NCBI GenBank assembly: GCA_905178155.1
Contig: CAJINV010000004.1
Coordinates: forward strand, 10,771,655-10,835,654
Direction of reading: 5' to 3'
Source of the DNA: Amoebophrya sp. A120
Lineage: Eukaryota > Protista > Dinoflagellata
Length of the DNA: 64,000 nucleotides
Part shown: piece after piece, positions 9,907 to 21,200 of the stretch
How positions within the stretch are numbered: the first letter of the stretch is position 1
How the letters are laid out: the number at the start of each line of letters is the position of its first letter
Translations under genes and position numbers: made by a program
The notes under the pieces: model-generated
Seen by the model: only the letters and a program-made list of their open reading frames with translations
Database searches by the model: none
Told to the model about the DNA's origin: nothing

Positions 9907-12900
9907 TGTTGTCTGAAGTGAGTCGCAAGAATAGCTTGCTGGTGCTGCATGCACGAAAGAACATCGAGTAGATAGTTAGTCAGGTTGGCCTGCCCTGTTC
10001 TCGTGTGTGCCGTTGTTAAGATCTTGTAGTTCTGCTTCGGCGCGATTCGGTTGCAGAAGAAAGTTATAGGATCTCGATGTATTGGATTGCCGCTCCTACG
10101 CGCCAGGTGTCGTTCACACTTCGGTCTGACGTCGTAGGAAGCAAGTCTGTTGTTGTAAGTCTCGAACACATCAACACAGGAGCGGAATCGGTAGCAGTGA
10201 TTTTCGTCCGTTGAGTATCCGAGTGGGGTTACTCATTTACACTGTGAGGATGGAAAGGTTCACGATAGGCATAAGCATAGGCGTAGGCTGGCTAGGCTTA
10301 GGCTGTACGATTCTACTAGGCTAGGCATGGTGTACGATGCTACTGGCTACGGTCCGAACGTCTTGGGCGTTTTGCACGTTGCCGAAGGGGTGCGGTATCT
10401 TGTACGAAAATCATCAGGCTGACCGACCTGAGTCACTGTATATCTCGTACCGACATTCCCCCCCTCCGTAACTTGTGCGACGCTCGCACAATTTGCGGAC
10501 TTGTAAGCCTTGTGCGTAGCCGTACTAAAAATTTTCTCGATCGCTTTCTTCGTACATCGCGTCGATGTCCGGAGCGAGAGATTCAAAAATTTGTATGTAC
10601 TGATGAGGGCGAACCTGCTTCGTAAGCGGGTCGGCGCGGTTGACATCAGTTGGCACACAGCAGAGCGATTTGAAATTTTCTTGCACTAAACTGTAGCGAA
10701 GCATGTAGCGCTTACTTTTCTTGGTGGGCAAACTTGTTTTGGACAGTGCCAGCGCAGACTGATTGTCGGAGAAGATCAGAGGTAGCTCTTTTTCTTCTAG
10801 CAACCACTCTAGATACCCCTGGCCCTGCGACAGGCGGATGGTATCGTAGATCGCAACAAACTCGGCTTCGCATGTGCTGTGTGCTCGGATGGCCTGCCGC
10901 GCAGACTTCCAGCGCACAGGAGTTCCTTTGTAATAAATGATCGAGCCCGTGGTCGATCGGAACGTCACAGAACATCCCGCGAAGTCACTGTCTGCGAATG
11001 CTGTGAAGTCGCTAAACTTTTTCTCGTAACCCCCTTCCCTTGCGATGTTTCGATAAGAGAAGTTGAAAGCAGCTTCGTTCTCTGGAGAGTAGGTCAGCCC
11101 TCGATCCAAAGAGCCACTCAGGTATTGGAGAATACGTTTTGCGCCTTTTATGCGTTTTTCAGTTGTCACCGGATGAATCGATCGCGCCACACGTTGCGTC
11201 GCGAGGGCGATATCCGGGCGACACATGTTCGCAACATGCTGCAATCCTCCCACCAGCGACCGAATAGGAAAAGTTTTATTTTTCCGGACCCGTGTCCAAT
11301 CGATCCGAGGTGCATGGAGTGCCAACTTGTCTGCGTTTGTCCATGTTGAACTTTTTCAAAAGTTTGCGAATGTGCTCCGCCATTGTGATGCTAAGCCGAC
11401 GCTCAGCTTGGCAGTAAGCAACTTCTGCACCTAAGACATCCCATTTCAACCACTTGCCATCTACCCGGGGCGGAATGATTTTGCCTGGGAACTTTTTCCA
11501 AATTTCGTCGCGCGCTTTTTCAACTTCCTTCTTGTTGGGCCCTGCCAGGAGTGTGTCATCGACGTAAAGTGAAAGCGTTAGATCACCTTTGCGCCAAAGA
11601 CCGGGCTCGGTCGGATTCATCTCCCAGCCTGCCTCGCGTAAGTAGGCTGCGTACGTATCATACCACTTGCGCGGGCTGATTCGCAATCCATAAAGGCTTT
11701 TGAGGAGACGGACGAGGGGACCTCTGTCAGAGCCGGGCTCGGCCCAATGGGGAGGCAGACGGACAAAAACTCTTTCGGCTTTTGGATCACTGTCATCCGT
11801 GTTCAGCGTTGCCAGGATGAAAGCATTGCTGATATCGAAGGACTCGATAAAGTGACCTTTCGAAGCGGCATCGATGAGCAGTACTCTACTCGCACAGTGC
11901 GACACTGTGGGCGAGAAGACCTCGGAGGCCATGGCTTTCGTTTGTCGGCTGCCCAGCGCTACTAGCCGTGCTTTGTAGCGGCCGTCGCGCTTCTTGGTGT
12001 AGATCACCACGCTGGGGATCACTTCATCCTTTGGCTTTAGCTCGCCGGGCTTTACTGGGCGCCAACAGCCAAGGGCTTCGAGTTGGCATGTCTCAAGATT
12101 TCCTGCCTCGATGTACTTAGTCGCGTCTTCACTCTCCAGAGCCTTCTTGTGCGTGAGCTGTAACGCATAAGCGACTCGCTCTTCGGTCTCAAGATCATTC
12201 TGCTTTTCCCACGCGCGATCGACTGCGGCGTCGATGTGGGCTAGAAAGATCTTTTCGAACTCGTCTTCCGATGCCTGAATCTGGTTGGCCGAGGGGCCTG
12301 GGGGTTCCGGATTCGGCTTCTTTTTCTTTGGGCCTGGCTTTTTCCAGTGGGGTTGAGCTTTTGCCCCAGGTTTTCTGCCGCGTTTCTTCACGACAAAGCC
12401 ACCATCGGGAGTTTCCTCGACCGAAATCCGCGCTGGCTGATCAAGCCCGGGGATCTCGTCGCTGGCAGCTCTTTTGTTACTTTTCGGGCCCGCCGACTGT
12501 TGTTCGTCGGTTTCTGTTGCCGAAAGTTTTCTGAATTTGGAAACTCCAACCCACTTGCGACTGGGGTTTTCGTAAACTGCTTTCCCGGACCAGCTGTCGA
12601 CTATTACTCTTGAACTGCCTGAATCGAGGTAAGTGAGCTGCGTCTCACGTGTACCGTCAAGATCCAACGCAGATGGACCGTCTCGATTTCCGCTGGGGGA
12701 AAACAAGGCAACCCGGGGACAGACGTGGTGTCTAACCCACTCGCAGGCCGTTTCAGTCCAATAGTCTTGCTGTGTCTCTTTAGCTTGCGCCGGAATTGGG
12801 GCTGCTGAAGCAGGTGGAGCACCGATGGACGGGGCATGACTTCCCTCCTGGGCCACCGGGCCCACGACAACAATTCCCGCCTCACTATCAAGCTGGGTAT

Positions 12901-13200
12901 TTACATTTTCCAGAATCGCCTCAAGTTTGCTTTGCTTGAGAGAATCCCAAAACTTGACGTCGCGAAACTCCTCGACGCGAAACGCTTCCCCTGAAGTCGT
13001 TCGCTCGTCGGGGCACCATCTACCCACGCGGTAGGTGCTGTTTTGGAGACTATACCCTAGAAAGACGCCGGGTGGGTATCTTTCTTGCAGTTTGGTTACC
13101 GGGCCTAAAACCTTGCCGAAGCACAAGCAGCCAAATTTTCGAAAATGACTCCGGCTAGGCTCTCGCTCATACTTCCAAAAGTACGCTCATCATGGCTCCA
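9907..13200 (-). mobile_element. Ty1/Copia LTR retrotransposon, 5'-truncated (left LTR border uncertain)
   Basis: Copia pol remnant; minus-strand PPT GGAGGGGGGGAA at 10456-10467 followed by TGTCGG LTR start at 10455; outer LTR end is a guess (TG at 9907 or 10108). Confidence 0.8.
10525..13180 (-). pseudogene. Copia pol (post-integrase FGC region, RT, RNase H) with one frameshift near 11285
   Basis: HFRKFGCLCF, RYKARLVALG, FDISNAF, LLKSLYGLR, LYVDD, CRPDIA, FADSDFAG, STCEAEF, NRADPLTK. Confidence 0.92.
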
Positions 13201-14095
13201 CAAGGCTGCGTCACTGATTCCGTTTTCACTTTTTAGCCTGTTTTGCTTGTGGAGATCATCCCGTACTATCACATCACCGAGACTGTTCGATGCGCGTCTA
13301 CAACTAGCTCGATGTGTAGTCAAGGTGGCGAGATGATCTTCGAGATGAAGCGGCTCGTGGAGGTGCTGTTCGAAATCTGTCAAACGTAATAAATGACCAG
13401 AGTTTCAATTCGACTTAGAATTTCAAACTCAAGATCCGAAAAATATAAAGCAATTTCTTTATTTTGTAGGCGACAAATCACAACCAGTCCCAGCGTTTGT
13501 CAGTACTAGCAGTGCACTATGTACAACTACATGTGCATATAAGTCTCCTGCAAAGTAGTTTAAGTTGTCTGTGGCGCACGTGCATTGCAATGAGTAGACA
13601 GAGCGCTTCTGTCTACTTGTACTACAGCACAGAGCAGATCACTCTAATTTCAAAAAAGCGCCCAATTTGTTCCAAGTAACACATGAGTATATCCATTTTG
13701 TTTCATCATGTCGATGGCAGCTGCGCCATGTTGCACTAGCGCCGCGACCGCCGTTTTGGCAAAAGGGGCTATGGGAGACGATCGCAGAGTAATATTCCCA
13801 TTTTTATCATTGCATATCCAGTATGAGAATATTAGATACAGCATCTGTCTTCGGCGCGAGCTATTTTCTAAAGATGTCAATTTTTTGAAACGAATAAGAA
13901 GGCGCATTCGGCCTTTCTACTGACATGATGTCCCTCTCTCAAGCTGGAAACATTTGGTGCAGAAATGCAAAAATGAGAAGAAGCATTTTTTCGCCGTGAC
14001 GTTATATATTAGAGCACTACATGTAGGACAGAAAAATAAAACGAAAATGGGGGCCGCGAAAGCAGGAAGCAGAAGAACTTTAAGTAAACAGTCCG

Positions 14096-15083
14096 TATGG
14101 ATTGCAAATGTTTTTGGGCGGTCGGAAGCACAGCAGAGCGCTGTTATGTTGTGTCAGTGTGACCCAGATGAAGGTCCGGCTTGTATCGCACGTTTGGCAG
14201 AGAAGATGAAGGTTTCTCAATGCCTAATCGGCACGACAAATTCCTGGTGTCGGTGACAAGAGCGGGAAACTCTTGCTGTCCATGCATGACAGATTTTTGT
14301 GAAATGCGCATCACAGGAGCTTTGCATTATATGTAGTGAGGTCACGAACGTTCTAATCTAGCGGTTTTTTTGACAGGCAGTGCGCAAAACGACCGGCAGT
14401 TATCAAGCGGGCGGAAGTGTTTTTGGGCATAAAAAATTTTCAATTATCAAGCAGCCGGGGCTTTGCCGTCAAACAAGCCCGAGCGGATTCTATCGATTCC
14501 CGCTTGATAAAACGACGCAGGGGAGCCGGCAAAAGGGGCGCCCTTCTGAGGCGCCCACCGCCTTAGTTTCTGGCGGTTTTGGCCGCCCAAAAAGGGGCGC
14601 TCAAAAAGCAGCAGTCCGAAAAAAACAGCGAAGCCGCATAGTATGGGCCCCATTTTGGCCCACATCCGAGCCGCCCAAAAGACGCCACCAAAATCCGCCA
14701 TCTCAGAGGCGGACTTAAGGCCAGAAGATGAGGCATCTTAACAAAAAAAACCAAAAGAAACAAAGTCAGCCAAAAGCAAAAAGCGAATCCGCATGCTATT
14801 GGCCCGATTTGGGGGCCCATGGGGCCGACCCGGGGGTGGGGCCTGGCGGGGCCATAGCATGCGGGGAAGGTTTTTCGATTCGAAACCAAATGGAGGCCAG
14901 TTCTGGATCGACATTTTTAGCGACCGCCGTGCCGTCGTGCATAACATTACTCACGATGGCACGGTGGGCAGAGAAGTCGCTTCTGTTTTTAGCGTGAAGA
15001 CAAAAAAACCGCCATGACCTCACTACCCCCGCTGAGGCGGCTATTATTGGTTCTAGACCCAGAGATATTTGCAATCGTGCACA
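14096..15083. mobile_element. Family A introner-like element carrying a nested insertion
   Basis: TATGGATTGCAAATG... / ...TTCTAGACCCAGAGATATTTGCAATCGTGCACA; perfect GTCCG duplication; host transcript unclear. Confidence 0.7.
14333..15026. mobile_element. MITE-like element nested in the family A copy
   Basis: Inverted ends GTAGTGAGGTCA..GCGGTTTTTTTG / CAAAAAAACCGC..TGACCTCACTAC; no clear TSD. Confidence 0.55.
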
Positions 15084-15223
15084 GTCCGTGGCACTGTTCG
15101 TCCTCCGCCTACCACTTCATCTGGCGGCCCAGGCAACCTGAATGACCATCCACGATAGCAGCCCTTGCAGCACGAATTCCTCGGGATCCACCGTTGTGGT
15201 GAACAAGTAGTACATAAAGTAGA

Positions 15224-18200
15224 ATGAGTGGCGAGGACCCTCTTTCTCTCCTGAAGGCGGCCAAGCCCCGTCCTGCCGTGCCTGCAGTGGGCGGGTGCCC
15301 GGCGGGCGCCACGATAACACCAGCGAATGCTGGTGGCGGAGCTAAGTCCACCATGTTTACGGACTCTTTGTTCGATCTAGATGACGTTCTCGGTGACAAA
15401 CCCGGCGCCGGACACTATCATTTGTAAAAACGTCGTCCCTACTCCAGATTTTTCATGCAAATCTGCATGCTGGAGCTGGGCTCGGCTGTCACTGTCTCTC
15501 ATGCGCAGCCCGATGAGGAGTCGTTTCTAGTGGTGTTTTGGAATTTGTACTGCTATAATCTTCACGTCGATAGGGTGATGGATTTGTGATGCCGCTTCTT
15601 TAGGCGAGCACGACTCCTTACACTAAGTGTCCCGATTTGTCATGCGGAGTTCACAAACCTTTCGTTTCTGATTTGTGTAAGCAAAGTGCCCATCTTGGTT
15701 GACTCTGGGGCGCGGACGGTTTTGCATAGGATAGGTGCCAGCTGTTTGGCACCACGACAACGCATCCGGCCGACGCGAAAACCGCGGACTACCTGTTTGC
15801 CACCGCTGCCCCGACGACAGGAAGCGCAAACTCACTGTTCGGGGCACCAGTCGGGATGACCACGACTGCGCCGGTGGCCGGTGCTTCAGCTCCTGCGGTA
15901 GCCTCCAACCTCGGCAGTGCCACAGGCGCCGGGGCGGGGCTCAAGCCTTTGTTTCCCGCTGGTGGATCTTCGTCCTCTTCCACCGGGCGAAATGCAAATA
16001 AGAACGCCAGCATTTCTATGGGAATCTCAGGGAGGATATCGCCAGAATGAATGAATGAATGAATAATGTTTTGCACATGCAGAAGTAAGGGGACACAAAT
16101 TCCAGGCTTTGGGACACGATTTCTAAGCGGCGCATGTGAAAATTCAATTTTCTTGATTCAATAGATTGAGTCCCCGGAGTGGTTTATAGCAACGAAGAAG
16201 CGCCTTGCCATGCGGTTCCAGCGACTTCATACTTGCTGAGCCACAACAGGCTTAAGCACAGGCTCAATTTCATGCCATGCAACATAGCCAAAAAGCGCAT
16301 GACAAGTGTATCATTCCACTTCGTAAGTAAGTTTCCAACCTGACACAGCCATAACCTCCTCATCGCTTTTTGGGGACTTTGATGTGGACTTTGGCCTCCC
16401 GACGAGCAGTCTACCGGCGCCGCCCCCCGTACCGCACAATCCGTCAAACATATGCATCGGCGCAGCGACGTCTGGGTTTCGGTCTGGAAACTTGCACGCA
16501 CACTTGTGATGCTTGATCTGACTTTGCAGCGCAGCAGACAAAAAACTGTGTTCCATGAGCTGCAAGAGTGGCTGCCCACTTGATAAAAAGTAAGTAAGTA
16601 TTTGTACCGAAGGAGGGAGACAGGATTACTCTCGTGCGGACTAGGCCTCCTGCGTGTAGTAAAACCTGTGAAGAAGTAGAGTTCGTTTGTGCAGCTGAAG
16701 GCCGAGCTGCATTGGCATTGCAGATCGTCTATGTGCTCGTCTGTGTCCGATAAAGCAAGGGGCCGCATGACCAGCCTTTGCACTTTTCCAGCCCCAGACG
16801 CACAGGCATTTGCAGTGTATAAAGCAGTTCGAGCGACAACTTCCTCGACTCTTTCGACTTTCTAGACCCGCCCCCGCCTGCGGTTCCGGCACTGCATATG
16901 ATAGTGGACAACTTCATCCCCTGCTCCCTCTCGGTTAGAGCATGCATCAAAAGGTAGCATGGATGATTTTGAACCTGCCTGAAACCTGCTCATGCAGCCT
17001 CTGCGGGGCAAGTTCCGGCCCGGAGTGAAGGTGTACGTAGGAATTGGTATTTTGTTGCATCACCACAAAAAAAAATGACTAAGGGACGAGAGTAGTTGTT
17101 GTCCACTGTTATGATATAGTCGCCCAGTACGACCACGCTTGGAGGAGCTCCTGGGGCGGAATGCGGAACGGTAAAACATGCCAACACCTCCAAGAACCCG
17201 CTGTTTAATGCAGGCGGAGGGTCCTCATCCAGCACCGCCAACTTGCTTGCCTCGGATGGTCGTGCAGCTGTATCCCAGGAAAAAGTATTTCAGTTACACC
17301 TTTGCTGTAGCTTCAGCAATACAAAGTTGTTGTAGAAGAGTGAGAAAACCAAAACGTGTAAGAATTATACAGAGGTTGCTTGTCTTGCTTGGCTTCTGGC
17401 GCAATGTGTATCTGTATTAACACTTTTTTCTTTTCATACTACATCGGCTCGTCCACCACGGCGGCAGCCCCACGGCTGGGAGAGCCAGGCGGCGCACCGG
17501 GGGCACCCCTCTTTGCTGGCAAGGGACCGACCGCCGGTCCGGGTCGCGTTCCCGGTGGTGGGGGCCACCACCACAAGTCCGGATCTCGGGGTATGTTCGG
17601 CGGGCTGACCTCGCTCGCAAGTTCCGTAATGCGGCAGGGAGAAAAGATGCTGCAGCAAGCCGCGGCCGCCATGCCCGAAAACGAATTCGAACAGCCGTCG
17701 GGCGTCGCGGGGGCTGGATTCGGGCCAGACGCCGCACTGCCTTCCGGGGCCGCCCCGCCAGCGAGTGGATCCGGGGGCGGAATGTTTGGCGGCACGGCCG
17801 CCGCTCTCCCAGCGCAGCAGGGCGGCGCACCATCGGGCGAGACCAGCTTCTTGGCGTCCGGCAGTGCCTTCCTGATGAACAAGGGACCCGTAGCAACTTC
17901 GCTCGGCGGACCGGCGGCTGGTGGCCTTGTGTACGAGCCGCCCGAAGACCTCTTTGAGCTGTATAGAAGCGCACTCAGGTGTTACACATTCAGCGGTTAG
18001 AATGAAACTAACTATAAAGGAGATCATGCAAAAAGACGAGCTATGAAATATAAAAACGAAAACCTGGCTAGATTTAAATGCCCTAATCCCGTCCACCGGT
18101 TGAAAGCGGATGACAACTTAAGTAGTCCTGGAGCCTGAAAGAAGAAGTGCACTGTAATCCGGCGCAATTTGTACTGCGAAAACCGCAATAAAGCGCGCTC

Positions 18201-21200
18201 CTTTTGCTCTGCTTTTCATGGATGGCAACGGCCTTCCAGATGCACACTTCACTGTAACAGTTAGGATTTTTGCAACACCTGAGGAGGCCTCCATAAGCTG
18301 CCGGACGCGTACCGTTTCTGGAGACCGACCGTAGCGTGGTCCGGTGACGCGCACGACTCCCCCGCCTCCCGCACTGCTGACGGCCTGCGGCGAAAAGCTG
18401 CGTCGGGGACTGCTGCGAAAAGTTGGACGGCGACCGACCCGCTAGTTTCTTTGCTCGCCGGAGAGCAGATTTTGTTTGAGGTCCCGCGTGGAGGAGCGAC
18501 ACCCGCACCCGGCGCGGCCACGAACATAGCAGCGTCGTCGACGCCGCTGCAGCACGTAGACCCTAGCGGCGGGATCAAGATGGTAGTGCCCACCGTATTT
18601 CCCTGCCCCTATCCCTGCAAAAAGCTGACGGTGACCAACTACCGTCTGCATATGCAACTGAATGTCGATAGCAACCTGCTTTTTTCGGACGGCCACTGGA
18701 TCTTTTGCTCCGGCGCAGGACGTATGGATTGCAAAAATGTCTGGGTCTGGAACATTCTAAACTTGTGATGCTGTCTCTGGATTCTGAAAAAAAATTGTAT
18801 TGCATGACCAGCAAGAGGACTCCAGTTTGTGCTACACGGAGAGGGCATTTCTCATGCGGTAGAGGTATCACAAGGCGCTCCAAAAATCTGTGATGCTACG
18901 GCATGCATCACAGACATCACGGGTCATGGAAAATATGCATGACAAATCTAGAAATCTTCCAGACCCAGACATTTTTACACTTGATAGGACGAGGCCCTGC
19001 GCAACATGCAGGAGCAGACAGCAGTGCGGAGGGGGCCGTGGCTGCCTCGGGTGCTGGATATCAAATGTAAAAATGTCTGGGTCTGGAAACTTGTGATGCT
19101 GGGTGGCGTCTCATGATGAGGCCACATATGCTGGCTCAGCATGACAAGTTTCTCAGCTTCTAGGTGTTGCCTATTCTGCATGACAAACTGCGTTTCTGCA
19201 TCACAGAAAAATGGAGCTCTTGGGTAGCGTGCATGACAGATTTAAGAGTCATGCCAGACAAGCATGACAAACATGCATTCTCCAGACCCAGACATTTTTG
19301 CACTTGATACTGGACCGGTGCCACCGATTCCGGACGGTATCCTCGGAAACCAAAGCGTGCCCACCTCATCCTTCACTCTAGCAGAAACGCATGACGAATT
19401 TGTTTGGCCCGAAGTGTAGTCGTGATCAGCTGCTATCAGCGTGGCGGCAATTCACTTATTTTGCCACGCGAAACGCAAGACCAAGATTGCAAATTGTGCT
19501 TTTACCAACGAATTTATTGTAAGTACGCCAACCACTCACTCTATCTTTTTTGTAACCCTGATTAGAAGTTACACAGCCCACAGACAACCTAAGAAAACCC
19601 AAAAACTAACTCGTGCACTATTTTTTTCGGGCTGCGCTAGCGCTGTCGACCACACGTTTAAGGCATGATGAAAGCAACAATTTTGGGGGTGGGTACGTTA
19701 TTTTTGACCAGGACACGCGAATTTACTGCCTCGGTGCAAGATGAGACAGCTCTTCGCGGGGTCACAGCGTCTTCATCTCCCTCCAACGCCTTGACAAGTA
19801 CTAGTTCAGCGAGCAGTTCTTCCTCCCTTCCCGCATGGCTACACGAAGCGGGGCTCCTGTCCATTCCGTGGGGCGCAGTACTCAGCATATGCACTGCAAA
19901 TACCTAGATCAACATCTGCGTCGGGGCACTATTCTTTGAAGCGTGCCATCCCTAGCGCAGTGACAACATTGAAGTACTTAGAGCTATGTACGTAAGTATT
20001 GGAAAATCTAAGTCGACCGTCCTATATTAATGTTGTCGAGAACGAAGTACCATTACGAAGAAATGAGTGTGTCGAGATCTGGCATGGGAGAATCAGGAAG
20101 ACAAACTGCCCGCACCTGGCCAGACGCTAGATGGCTGCTACATATTTGCGGGTGATAAAGCATCAAACAGTACGATTCCAGTGGGGTAGCCCGTGTAAAA
20201 ACTGCGCGTAGTCATGAAGTGCGTTCTTTTCGCGCTTTTGCACTAAGCAACAACCTGCTAAGACACAGATGTATGATGCTGAAGAAGAACGTATACAACA
20301 GTAAGTAGTATGTTTATGCTATATGGAAATCTAAATGCACATGAACATTATCGATAGGCATGACTGCAAGATCGGGCGTGCAGACGTGTGCCTCGTCATG
20401 ATTAGCTAGTGTGGCCGCTGGACCAAGCCGCTAGCTTGCCCTGATCGGCTGCAATGAAGACCCTTCCTCATAATTGGGCATTCTCCAGCTGCACGTTCCA
20501 AAACAAACATGATCGGGCAGCCATTCCCCGGGCAGGATCGGGCTGGTGAAGGGGGCCGCAGTCACGGTGGGGAGGTGCGGGCTTTCGCATGGGTTAGCCC
20601 TCGCCCGCGGGGGCTACCATCCGCATGTAGCGCAGGGTTGGGATGAGCTGCTAGTCAGTGTTGGATCTCTTGTTTGGGCATGTTTTATTGCCGCGGGCAG
20701 CCGCAGCACTACAGTGCCGGGAGGTGAATTTCGCGGGAGTGTCTAGATGATGAGTAGCTGGGGCTCGACTTATAATCTCTACGAGTTGCATTGCATTGGG
20801 GGCCAGTGGGGCCAGCAGGCCTTTTTGTCTGTCGCACGCTTCGGCTATGGGGATGCACCGGCCTGGAGCTACCTTGCTTTTTCGGCCGGCTACGTTTGGC
20901 CAGGCGGTCTCCCCCCGTCGGCCTGATGTCAGTATTACCCCTCAACAGCAAGGGTGGGTAGGAATTCTTTTCCTTTGGTTTTCGTCTTTAATGCAGGTCG
21001 GGCTGGGATTTCTGGCGGTTTCTATCTCTATGTGATTGTCGGGTTTGTGAACGTCACAACTAGGCTTTGGCGGCTTGAGGGGGACCGACTGGCATTTTCT
21101 CTCTATCGCTTTCGGAGGGCCGAGTTCGTGCTCGCTCCTTTTCCCAGGGGGTTTTGCCCCCTGGCGTTTACGGTAGTTTTGGCCTTGTTGTTCGGTGGGG

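Noticed and set aside
10260-10350. Degenerate TAGGC-like repeats as telomeric sequence
   Set aside because: Irregular and located inside the probable Copia LTR
11270-11295. Programmed frameshift in Copia pol
   Set aside because: It falls inside RT at an A-run in a truncated element; mutation or sequencing error is simpler
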